A stretch of 64,000 nucleotides of DNA. Origin: Longimicrobiales bacterium (lineage in GTDB: Bacteria > Gemmatimonadota > Gemmatimonadetes > Longimicrobiales > Gaopeijiaceae). This document shows positions 29,328 to 38,997 of the stretch, one piece after another. Each line of letters begins with the position of its first letter. Within the stretch, counting starts at the first letter, position 1. Position numbers and translations under genes: made by a program. The notes under the pieces are model-generated. The model had not been told where the DNA came from, ran no database searches, and was given only the letters and a program-made list of their open reading frames with translations. The stretch covers positions 71,527 to 135,526 of the forward strand of contig CBDEGN010000001.1 of assembly GCA_965237885.1 (NCBI GenBank), given 5' to 3'.

Positions 29328-30923
29328 ATGAGAGCCAGCACGAAGATATGGAGACACCGGGGCGTCGGGCTCCTCGCACTGATCGCGATCGGGGCCTGCG
29401 AAACCGCGGAAGTGGCGGAGGCGCCCGGCATCACCACGATGCCGGCCCTGCGCTACGATCTGCGCTTGGTGGTCGAAGCCACGGGGCTGGTCGAGCCCGT
29501 GCGCACCGTCGAGGTCAAGTCCAAGGCCTCCGGAGAGGTCCTGCGGCTACATGTAGACACCGGAGACGAACTCGACCCCGGGGCGCTCCTCGCCGAGATC
29601 GATCCGCGCGACGTGCGCAACGCCTACAACCAGGCTGAGGCCGATATGAACGTGGCCGTGGCGCGGGTTGACATCTCCAGCGCCCAGCTTGAACGATCGC
29701 GGGCGCTTCTCGAAGCCGGGGTCATCACCGAGCAGGAGCACGAGTCGGCCAACCTGGACTACGCCAACGCTCAGGCGACTCTGGTCAAGGCGAACACCAA
29801 CAAGGACCTGGCCGAGCTTCGCCTGAGCGACGTGACCATCCGCGCACCGATGTCCGGCACCATCATCCAGAAGAGCGTCGAGGAGGGACAGGTCATCCAG
29901 TCGGCGTCCCAGAACGTGTCTGGAGGGACCACGCTCTTCATGATGGCCGATCTGGCCCAGATGCAGGTGCGCACCCTCGTGGACGAGACCGATGTCGGGC
30001 AGATCTCCGACGACCTGACCGCCATGGTCACGGTCGAGGCGTTCCCCGGGCGCACCTTCCAGGGGATCGTCGACAAGATCGAGCCGCAGGCCGAGGTCCA
30101 GCAGAACGTGACCATGTTTGCGGTGATCGTCACCATCGACAACCGCGGCGGGCTTCTCAAGCCGGGAATGAACGCCGAGGTGGAAGTTCTGGTCGCCGAG
30201 CGCCCCAACGCCCTGCTGATCCCCAACAACGCGCTGGTGCAGTTCCAGGAGATGGCGCCCGCGGCGATGGTGCTGGGGATGGACCCGGACGCGATCGAGA
30301 TGGATCGATCGGTCTTCGCGGAGCTTCAGGCCTCGTTGCGGGGTGCCTCCGCTCCGGCGGGCGCCATGATGGGTGCGCCCGGCGGCATGATGGCGGGCGG
30401 GGGACCCATGGGAGACGGTGAAGGGAACGCGCGCCTGGAGCAACTTCGCGAGCAGTTGGCGAACGGCGAGATCTCACGCGAGGAGATGCGCGGGCAGATG
30501 AGACAGGCCCGGGCCGCCAACGGCGACGCCCCCGGTATGGCCGCTGGGCGTCCCGGAAGGGGCGCTGACGGCGGCGCCGGAATGATGGGGATGGGACGTG
30601 GAGGAGGTCAGGACATGATGGATGACCTGGGTGACGCGTTCGCGGGTGGCGGAGACCGACGCCGGGACGACGCGCCGCCCCGTCCGGCGATCACGTTCGT
30701 CGTATCGGCGGACGGAACCATCGAGCCGCGCCCCATCCTGATCGGTTTGAACGACTGGGACAACACCGAAGTGGTCGCCGGTCTGGAAGAGGGAGAGGAG
30801 GTTGCGCTGATCGGCGCGGCGCAGCTGCAGGCCCAGCAGCAGGAATTCGTGGACCGCATGCGCGAGCGGATGGGCGGAGGAAGCCCGTTCGGGGGCGGTG
30901 CACCGCGTGGGGGACGGCGCTGA
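29328..30923 (+). CDS. Efflux periplasmic adaptor (HlyD/MacA family) with Gly/Met-rich C-terminal insert
   Basis: Lipobox LIAIGAC, a coiled-coil hairpin region, IRAPMSGTIIQKSVEEGQ, and a barrel-sandwich/beta-barrel pattern. An unusual GAMMGAPGGMMAGGGPMG low-complexity segment is present. Confidence 0.8.
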   Translation: MRASTKIWRHRGVGLLALIAIGACETAEVAEAPGITTMPALRYDLRLVVEATGLVEPVRTVEVKSKASGEVLRLHVDTGDELDPGALLAEIDPRDVRNAYNQAEADMNVAVARVDISSAQLERSRALLEAGVITEQEHESANLDYANAQATLVKANTNKDLAELRLSDVTIRAPMSGTIIQKSVEEGQVIQSASQNVSGGTTLFMMADLAQMQVRTLVDETDVGQISDDLTAMVTVEAFPGRTFQGIVDKIEPQAEVQQNVTMFAVIVTIDNRGGLLKPGMNAEVEVLVAERPNALLIPNNALVQFQEMAPAAMVLGMDPDAIEMDRSVFAELQASLRGASAPAGAMMGAPGGMMAGGGPMGDGEGNARLEQLREQLANGEISREEMRGQMRQARAANGDAPGMAAGRPGRGADGGAGMMGMGRGGGQDMMDDLGDAFAGGGDRRRDDAPPRPAITFVVSADGTIEPRPILIGLNDWDNTEVVAGLEEGEEVALIGAAQLQAQQQEFVDRMRERMGGGSPFGGGAPRGGRR

Positions 30924-30942
30924 CGCCATCCGGAGGCTCTAA

Positions 30943-32163
<1,221 letters not shown>

Positions 32164-32220
32164 GGGGGGGAATTCCCGGGCGGAGGGATTCCGGATCCAG
32201 GCAGCCCGGGGGAGACCTGC

Positions 32221-33288
32221 CTATCGCGGCAGGACGACCACCAGGGTCGTATCGCCGCGTACCACCTGCATCTCCGGGCGGCCCTGAATGCCCAGCCGGC
32301 GAAGGCGGATCCGGAATTCCCTCAGGTTGCCCACCGGTTCGCCGCCGATGCTCACGATCACATCGGAGGGGGCGAGGCCGGCGCGCTCGGCGGGGCTACC
32401 CTCCACGACCCGCACGACCTGAAGCCTTCTCCCGTCGGCGCCGGCATCGGCGCTGGCGTCCGGCTCCATCTCCTCCAGCTCGGCTCCCGCCACGACCCGC
32501 TCGCCCAGAAGGTAGGGAGATCGGGAGCGAACCCCCGGCGGCGGTTCCCCTCGTCCACCTGGGCCCCTGCGCTCGTCGAACCCGGTGTTACCGACCGTGA
32601 CCCGTACCCGCACGGACCGCCCATCCGGGTCTGGACGCTCGCCGAAGCGGGGGTCGCCGACCGTGACCCGTCCGCGCGCCGGGGGGCCATCGACCTGCGG
32701 GGGCGGGCCACGGAAACGCATGGAGCGCATCACCTGACGGGTCCGGTCCATGACCTGGCGGACGGCCTCCGCCTCCGCATCCAGGGCTCGGCGCGCGGCT
32801 TCCATCTGTCTGGGGGCGAGGGCCCAGGTGCTATCGGCCAGGAGCGAATCCACCACCTGCAGGATGCGGCTCCGAGCCGAGTCGACGCGTGCCGCGAGTT
32901 CCTCCATCGCGGCGGGTCCCATGCGCTCCGGCTGCCTCCCGGCGGTCACGCGCATGCGGTGTTCCCGGTTTTCGCGAAGCACCGTAAACTGAAACGCCGT
33001 TCCCGGACGGAGGCGGTCGCCCATGCCGCGCAACGTCTCCTCCGAGACATCCTCGCCGTCCAGGCGCAGCAGGACATCGAACGGGCGCAGGCCGGCTTGC
33101 CGGGCCGGGCTGCCAGGCTCGACGCGCACGATCATGACCCGCAACGAGCCGTCGGGCAGCGAGCCCCCCTCGACCTGGATGCCGATCCATCCGCGCTCCT
33201 CCGGGGCCTCGTCGGCCTGGGCCGCCGCCCCCGCGGGCAGGGTCGACAGCAGCAGAATCGCGGCAACGCGAAGGCGGTGGGAGACCAT
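32221..33288 (-). CDS. Secreted protein with two PDZ domains
   Basis: Signal peptide. Two PDZ-like segments are present: GWIGIQVE...VEPGSPARQAGLRPFDVLLRLDGEDV and VVRVVEGSPAERAGLAPSDVIVSIGGEPV. Confidence 0.6.
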   Translation of the reverse strand: MVSHRLRVAAILLLSTLPAGAAAQADEAPEERGWIGIQVEGGSLPDGSLRVMIVRVEPGSPARQAGLRPFDVLLRLDGEDVSEETLRGMGDRLRPGTAFQFTVLRENREHRMRVTAGRQPERMGPAAMEELAARVDSARSRILQVVDSLLADSTWALAPRQMEAARRALDAEAEAVRQVMDRTRQVMRSMRFRGPPPQVDGPPARGRVTVGDPRFGERPDPDGRSVRVRVTVGNTGFDERRGPGGRGEPPPGVRSRSPYLLGERVVAGAELEEMEPDASADAGADGRRLQVVRVVEGSPAERAGLAPSDVIVSIGGEPVGNLREFRIRLRRLGIQGRPEMQVVRGDTTLVVVLPR

Positions 33289-33290
33289 CG

Positions 33291-33953
33291 CTAATACCGG
33301 TCGGCCGAAGCGAAGAAGGAGTTGAGCGCCGCATCACGCTCGGCGACCGCGCTCACCAGGAACCCGTTCAGATACGGGTCGTCCGGCGCCTCCTGAACCG
33401 CTGCCTGACTGGCGGCCACCAGCGTCTCGAGCGCGGCGATGTGGCGCACATCCATCGGCAGCTCGGCTTCGAGGCTGCGGGACAGCACCCGGTAGCGCAG
33501 CACGGCGTCCCGGTACTGCTGTTCGGTGAGGCGGACGATCTCCGCCGCTTCCTCGGGGGTTGCCGCCTCCGATGCCGCGATCTCGACGCCCGACCCGGCT
33601 TCCTGTGCTGACCCCGCCGGCGCCAGCGCGGCTCCCGAGAGACCACCCGCGACGAAGAGCACCAGGGCCGCGGCGACCTGCATCCAGCCGCGCCTTCTCT
33701 CGATGAGGCGGATACCCGCGGCCGCCGAGTTGCTCCTGAGCAGCAGCCCCTCGCTCTCCAGGCGCGCTTCCAGCGCCGACCAGCCTCCGGGCGCCGGACG
33801 CAGGTCCGGCAGCGACCCCAGTGCCTCCGTCTGCTCACGCAGCAGCTCCAGCTCCTGGGAACAGGCTTGGCAGCGCGCCAAATGCTGCCTCTCGCTCCTG
33901 AAGGGTGTCTCGTCCACCAGGCGAGCCAGAGCTTCCAGACTCAGATGCTCCAT
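33291..33953 (-). CDS. Putative anti-sigma factor (zinc-finger type, single TM)
   Basis: 220 aa from ATG at 33953. The N-terminus has an H..C..C pattern (RQHLARCQACSQEL), and there is a central TM (WMQVAAALVLFVAGGLSGAAL). It overlaps the upstream ECF sigma gene by 13 nt. Confidence 0.5.
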   Translation of the reverse strand: MEHLSLEALARLVDETPFRSERQHLARCQACSQELELLREQTEALGSLPDLRPAPGGWSALEARLESEGLLLRSNSAAAGIRLIERRRGWMQVAAALVLFVAGGLSGAALAPAGSAQEAGSGVEIAASEAATPEEAAEIVRLTEQQYRDAVLRYRVLSRSLEAELPMDVRHIAALETLVAASQAAVQEAPDDPYLNGFLVSAVAERDAALNSFFASADRY

Positions 33954-34501
33954 GCTTCTTGCTCCTGTTCGTAGTGGGAATCGTGAATCGACCCCATCCA
34001 TTGCCTCATTTTCGCCCGTGCCTTGAAGAGCTGGGACTTGGATGTGCCCGGGACCACCCCTATCAGCTCTCCGATATCCTGGTGCGTGTAACCCTCCACA
34101 TCGTGAAGGATCAGCACGCGCCGCATGCCTTCCGGAAGCCGGTCCAGAGCCTCCTCCAGTCGCTGCGTGAGGAGCGGATCGCCGATTGTTGACCGCGCCG
34201 CGATCGTATCGGGCATCGGTACTTCCCGATCCTGCCGGGTGTTGTCCCTGCGCCTCGCCTGAAGCGCCGCGTTCACGGCGATACGATGCAGCCAGGTCGA
34301 GAACTTCGATTCGCCCCGGAACCGGGGGAGGGCCCGGATGACGCGCAGCCACGTCTCCTGCGCGTAATCCTGGGCGGTGTGATCGTCACCGGCGATTCTG
34401 CGCACCACGGCGTACACGCGAGGGTTGTAGCGGTCGTAGAGTGACCGCACCGCCCGAGCGTCGCCTTCGCTCGCTCTGCGGATCAGCTGGGATTCAGTCA
34501 T
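33941..34501 (-). CDS. ECF-type RNA polymerase sigma-70 family factor
   Basis: Region 2 (LYDRYNPRVYAVVRRIAGDDHTAQDYAQETWLRV) and region 4 (VLILHDVEGYTHQDIGELIGVVPGTSKSQLFKARAKMR). Confidence 0.85.
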   Translation of the reverse strand: MTESQLIRRASEGDARAVRSLYDRYNPRVYAVVRRIAGDDHTAQDYAQETWLRVIRALPRFRGESKFSTWLHRIAVNAALQARRRDNTRQDREVPMPDTIAARSTIGDPLLTQRLEEALDRLPEGMRRVLILHDVEGYTHQDIGELIGVVPGTSKSQLFKARAKMRQWMGSIHDSHYEQEQEAWSI

Positions 34502-34720
34502 CCCTTCATCCGGTGATATTCCGCTTGACGCGACGCGCGAATACCCGTTGTGCGCGATTCATCCGGGTGTGTCCGGATCCGTTCCGACATCCCGGAGTAA
34601 CGTGACTTGGACTCGTGGCGGCAGCGGAAGGTTGCCCCGGGCCCTTGCGCGCGCGCATTTATCAGCCTACACCACGGCTGACGTATCGCAAACCTCGAGT
34701 GCCGGAACGGTGCCGGTGCT

Positions 34721-34750
34721 GGAAGACCACTGCAACCCGGAAGACCACTG
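34721..34750 (+). repeat. Tandem 12-nt direct repeat GGAAGACCACTG x2 immediately upstream of the thrC start
   Basis: Copies lie at 34721-34732 and 34739-34750, and the ATG is at 34752. The second copy occupies the Shine-Dalgarno position. Confidence 0.8.
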
Positions 34751-34751
34751 A

Positions 34752-35942
34752 ATGAACGCGATTCCCTGGAAGGCGCGGGGTGCCACCCATCTGGAGTGCA
34801 CCTGGACCGGCGAGACCTTTGAGAGCGAGCAGCTGATCGGCCTCTCGCCCGCCGGCAAGCCCCTCTTCGCCCGCTATGACCTCGACACCATCCGGCGCCA
34901 CTTCCGGCCCGGAGACCTGGCGGGACGGCGGCCGGATCTGTGGCGCTACGAGGAGGTTCTCCCGGTGCGTGTGCCGGAATGCCAGCTTTCCCTTGGAGAG
35001 GGATGGACACCGCTGACGGACGCGCCCCGGCTGGCGAAGCGCTACGGCATGCGGCGCCTGTGGGTGAAGAACGAGGGCATGAACCCGACCGGGAGCTTCA
35101 AGGACCGCGGGCTGTCGCTGGCGGTGTCGCGCGCCAAGGAGCTGGGGGCGAAGGAGCTGGCGATCCCTTCGGCTGGCAACGCCGGCAGCGCTGCGGCCGC
35201 CTATGGGGCCGCGGCCGGGCTCCCGGTCCACGTTGTCGCGCCAAACGACACCCCGACGCCGATTATCGAGGAGATCCGCGGACTGGGCGCGGACCTGGTG
35301 CTGATGGACGGGCTCATTACCGACTGTGGCCGGGTGGTGCGCGAGGGAGCGGACTTCATGGGATGGTGGGATCTCTCCACCCTCAAGGAGCCGTACCGGG
35401 TGGAGGGCAAGAAGACCATGGGGTACGAGCTCTTCGAGCAGCTGGGGTTCCGGCTCCCCGACGCCGTGATCTACCCGACGGGCGGGGGCACGGGTCTGAT
35501 CGGCATGTGGAAGGCGTTCGACGAGATGGAGCAGATGGGTTGGATCGGGGACGAGCGCCCGAAGATGTTCTCCGTGCAGGCGACGGGGTGCGCCCCGGTG
35601 GTGCGCGCCTGGGAGGAAGGCGCCGAAGACGCGGGATACTGGGAGGGCGCCGAGACCTACGCGGCGGGCCTGCGGGTCCCGGCGGCGGTCGGGGACTTCC
35701 TGATGCTGCGCGCGATCAGGGAATCCGGGGGCGGCGCGGTCGCGATCGAGGACGCGGCGATGGCGGAAGCGGTGCGCGCCATGGGGGCGTGCACCGGCAT
35801 CTTCGCGTGCCCTGAGGGAGGTGCGGTGCTGGCGTCGGTCACGGAGCTGATGGACATGGGGTTGCTGTCCGAGGACGACGAAACGGTGCTGTTCAACACC
35901 GGGAGCGGCCTCAAGTACGTGGGGATGACGCCTGTGAAGTGA
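34752..35942 (+). CDS. thrC: Threonine synthase (PLP-dependent, short form)
   Basis: The PLP-lysine motif (NPTGSFKDRG), SAGNAG, and the YPTGGGTGLIGMWKAF glycine loop. Confidence 0.8.
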   Translation: MNAIPWKARGATHLECTWTGETFESEQLIGLSPAGKPLFARYDLDTIRRHFRPGDLAGRRPDLWRYEEVLPVRVPECQLSLGEGWTPLTDAPRLAKRYGMRRLWVKNEGMNPTGSFKDRGLSLAVSRAKELGAKELAIPSAGNAGSAAAAYGAAAGLPVHVVAPNDTPTPIIEEIRGLGADLVLMDGLITDCGRVVREGADFMGWWDLSTLKEPYRVEGKKTMGYELFEQLGFRLPDAVIYPTGGGTGLIGMWKAFDEMEQMGWIGDERPKMFSVQATGCAPVVRAWEEGAEDAGYWEGAETYAAGLRVPAAVGDFLMLRAIRESGGGAVAIEDAAMAEAVRAMGACTGIFACPEGGAVLASVTELMDMGLLSEDDETVLFNTGSGLKYVGMTPVK

Positions 35943-36032
35943 GGTCGGGCGCTCGGCCGGGCGACCAGAGGCGCCAATGGCCGGAGCTGCGCGGGTATGT
36001 TGGTCCCTGGGAGCCGCTGGCTGGCCGCGTCT

Positions 36033-36617
36033 TCAGCGGGGATCCGCGAAGCGGTAGTAGAACGCCGGCAGGGGGATGATGCGGGTCCGGGGCGGGCGCT
36101 CGTCCAGCGGGTCGGGGCGGCGCATGGCCAGCGCCCGGTTGAAGGCGAGTTCGAACCCGGCTGCGTGCTTTTCGGCTGCGTGCCAGTCCACCCCGATCGG
36201 CGCCCGCGCGATGAGAGCGAATCCTGCTCGCTGGTCGGCGGGGAAGGCGGCGACGCCCCAGAACCCGGCGCCCGCGAAAGCGCGCAGATCGCCTCCGCCG
36301 ACGTATTGCTTGCCGGTGACCGCCAGCGACAGGTCTCGTCCCGAGAAGGTCCCGAGCGCGAATTCCAGCGCCCGGTTGTTGGACTCGTATTCGAAGACCA
36401 GAGAGACGAAGCTGGTGCCACCAAGGGTCAGGCCGTAGCGGTAGACCGGTGGATCGTCGGCCGTGTCGGGTGCTTCCGGGCTCGCGCGTCCGGCGGGGCT
36501 GACCGCCCCTTCCACCTCAGTGGCCGGGGACAGCGCGTGCAGCGAGTTGCCGGGGACGAACCCGAGGCAGCCGAGCAGCGCCAACCCGGCCAGGCTTTGG
36601 CTCACGGCACGCCCCAA
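36033..36617 (-). CDS. Hypothetical secreted protein
   Basis: 194-aa ORF with a signal-like N-terminus (LAGLALLGCLG). Overlaps the 3' end of the TonB-dependent receptor gene by 16 nt. No family recognised. Confidence 0.4.
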   Translation of the reverse strand: MGRAVSQSLAGLALLGCLGFVPGNSLHALSPATEVEGAVSPAGRASPEAPDTADDPPVYRYGLTLGGTSFVSLVFEYESNNRALEFALGTFSGRDLSLAVTGKQYVGGGDLRAFAGAGFWGVAAFPADQRAGFALIARAPIGVDWHAAEKHAAGFELAFNRALAMRRPDPLDERPPRTRIIPLPAFYYRFADPR

Positions 36618-38767
36618 CGCGTGCCGAAGTAGAAACTCCGGCCGGGGCCGGGCTCGTTGAAGCGGCCTCCGAATGCGTTCACGATCACCGAAGCGGTGTA
36701 CAGCGTGTCGAAGATATTGGTCACACCCATGAACCCGGTGACGTCCAACACGCCAAAGGCCCTCCCGGGATTGGACTCGAAGCGCGCATCCAGAAGCTGG
36801 TAGGCGTCGGTTTCTGCCGTGTTGCGGTCGTTGACGGCAATGGCCGACACATGGGTTGCACGCAGCTCCCAGTGTCCCCCCCAGAACCCCTCCGGGACCC
36901 GCAGCGAGGCGATGGCTTCGGCCCGATGGGGAGCGAGTCCGGGAATCTGGTTGCCGCCGTAGTCGTTGCCGTCCACCACATAGTCGTCGAAGACCGCGTC
37001 GGTGTAGCTGTAGGTCGCGCGCAGGGAGGCCCCTCCCCCTGGGGCCAGCGTGAATGCGGCCTCGAAGCCCTGGTGGCTCGCCGAGCCGGCGTTGGCGTAG
37101 AAGGTGCGGTCGATGTCGGGTACCTCGATAGGCACCAGCGCGTCGGTGATGCTGGTCCGGAAGACGCTGAGCTCGTAGGCGAAGCGGTTCCCGGAGACAC
37201 CGCGCGTGCCGACTTCGAAGCTGACGCTGCGCTGCGGCTCCAGTTCCGGGTTGAAGCCCCCACGGCCGCTGGGGTCGTTGGCCAGTTCCGTGGTGGTGGG
37301 GCTCTCGAAGGAGGTGCCGACGGCCACGAACAGTCCGGCGCTGGCGCCGGCGGCGACGTGCAATCCGAGCGACGGGCTGATGGCGTCCATCAGGCGGTTC
37401 CCCGAGTCGTCGGCGTTGGAGAGAAAGCGATCCTCCACCGAGAAGCTCAGGCGGTCGTAGCGCACGCCGCCGACCAGCCGGGCGCGCTCAGCCAGCCGCA
37501 GGTCGCCCTGGCCGAAAAAGGCCAGCGTGCGGACGTTTTCCAGCTGGTCCAGCCTCAGGTCTGCCTGCTCGCCTCCATCGTTCCCGTGGTTCTGTCGGTC
37601 GTCGCGCTGCAGGGCGTACTCCCCGCCGAAGTTCCAGGTGAACTGCTCGGATTCACCCGCCTGTCCCCGGAGCGCGCCGCGCACGCCGGCCGCGTTGCGC
37701 TTCAGGTCGATGACCGCGGAGGGAATGGGGTTGTCCAGGTTGCGGAAGAGCCCCCAGGCGGAGATGTCCGCCTCCCCCGCGGCGGCGGGTCCGGTCCAGG
37801 CGACGCCCAACTGGCCCTGGGTCATCTTTTTGTTGGTTTGCTGGAAGATGCTGCCCGTATGCGACCGCCGGTCACCGAGCGCCATCAGCGAATCGTTGAG
37901 CGAGCCGGGGTTCTCGCCGTCCAGGTTGGCCAGATTCGCGGTCACAACGAGGTTCCCGTCGGCCAGCGGAGAGCGCAGCTGGCCGTTGAGGTGCAGCCGG
38001 CGCGCGCTCCCGTAGAGCGAGCCGTCGTCGGCGATCGGGTTTCGGCGGAAGCCCTCGTATTTGAAGCGGGAGGCGCTGAGGAGGTATTCCCGATCCCCGC
38101 TCACGCCGCTGGCGGTTGCCTGCAGCCGGCTCATGCCGTTGCTGCCGCTAACGGCCAGCAAATCCTGGCGGAACGGCTGGTCGGCCGCCCGCCGGGTCTC
38201 GAAGCGCAGCACCCCGCCCGCGCCGTTGCCGTAGGCGGATGAACCGGGACCGCGCAGCGCCTCCACCCGCCCGAGGGTGCCGATGTCGAGATGGTCCAGG
38301 GTCGACTGTCCGTCGGGGAGCGTGGCGGGAATACCGTCCACCAGCACCGTCACCCCGCGCACGCCGAACTGTGAGCGGGCGCCGAATCCTCGAATGGAGA
38401 TGCGCTCACCCATGGCCGAGTTGTAGCGGTTCTGCACCTGTACGCCCGGGAGGCCCTGGAGCGCCTCTTCGATGGAGAGCCCGGCCTTCCCCCGGGTGAG
38501 CGCGGACTGTCCCAGCACCGAAACGGAGAACGGAACCTCGCCCAGAAGGATCGGCGTTCGCAGGACCGTGACCTCGATTTCATCGAGCGGAACCACCGCG
38601 GTCGAGTCGGGCTCCTGCGCCGAGAGTGGTCCGGGAACATGTGCCAGCGCGAGCGCCAGGACGAGACTCGCGAAGGTGAGTCCGCGAGCGGAGATCCACT
38701 GGCGGGACGAGCCGGGCAGGCAAGGCCGCAGCTGCGCAGAGTCGTCGTGCAGAGGATGTGTCGTCAT
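36602..38767 (-). CDS. TonB-dependent outer-membrane receptor
   Basis: A plug domain (LDEIEVTV..., SIEEALQGLPGVQV, RISIRGFG, VTVLVDGIP), a long beta-barrel, and a C-terminal aromatic end (FYFGTRWGVP). Confidence 0.85.
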   Translation of the reverse strand: MTTHPLHDDSAQLRPCLPGSSRQWISARGLTFASLVLALALAHVPGPLSAQEPDSTAVVPLDEIEVTVLRTPILLGEVPFSVSVLGQSALTRGKAGLSIEEALQGLPGVQVQNRYNSAMGERISIRGFGARSQFGVRGVTVLVDGIPATLPDGQSTLDHLDIGTLGRVEALRGPGSSAYGNGAGGVLRFETRRAADQPFRQDLLAVSGSNGMSRLQATASGVSGDREYLLSASRFKYEGFRRNPIADDGSLYGSARRLHLNGQLRSPLADGNLVVTANLANLDGENPGSLNDSLMALGDRRSHTGSIFQQTNKKMTQGQLGVAWTGPAAAGEADISAWGLFRNLDNPIPSAVIDLKRNAAGVRGALRGQAGESEQFTWNFGGEYALQRDDRQNHGNDGGEQADLRLDQLENVRTLAFFGQGDLRLAERARLVGGVRYDRLSFSVEDRFLSNADDSGNRLMDAISPSLGLHVAAGASAGLFVAVGTSFESPTTTELANDPSGRGGFNPELEPQRSVSFEVGTRGVSGNRFAYELSVFRTSITDALVPIEVPDIDRTFYANAGSASHQGFEAAFTLAPGGGASLRATYSYTDAVFDDYVVDGNDYGGNQIPGLAPHRAEAIASLRVPEGFWGGHWELRATHVSAIAVNDRNTAETDAYQLLDARFESNPGRAFGVLDVTGFMGVTNIFDTLYTASVIVNAFGGRFNEPGPGRSFYFGTRWGVP

Positions 38768-38856
38768 CGGGCACCCGGTTCGGTGACAGGGGACTTCGGG
38801 CGGGCCTCAGCCGTTCTCGCGATCGGCCCGTGCCTTTCGCTAATGATACCACCGTG

Positions 38857-38881
38857 TTCGCGGATGTACACGGTCACGAAC
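38857..38881. repeat. Copy A of a 25-nt direct repeat (TTCGCGGATGTACACGGTCACGAAC)
   Basis: Matches 39001-39025 at 23/25 positions, offset by exactly 144 nt. Lies in the intergenic region between the TonB receptor start and the upstream gene stop. Confidence 0.9.
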
Positions 38882-38997
38882 GCCAAGGTGGCGCCCGGAT
38901 TGCCGCACGGTCCGCAGACTCGGCGCCCCGCGCTTTCCGGGCGTCCGCCGGCCTCCTGTCCCGGGCCTGCGTCACGCGGGAAGGGGGAGTCTGGCGC

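Noticed and set aside
38768-38997. A cobalamin riboswitch in the leader of the TonB-dependent receptor (minus strand), suggested by ...GTGCGGCAATCCGGGCGCC...
   Set aside because: No B12 box and no GCCACTG/GGGAA core arrangement could be aligned. The resemblance is limited to one short AATCC segment.
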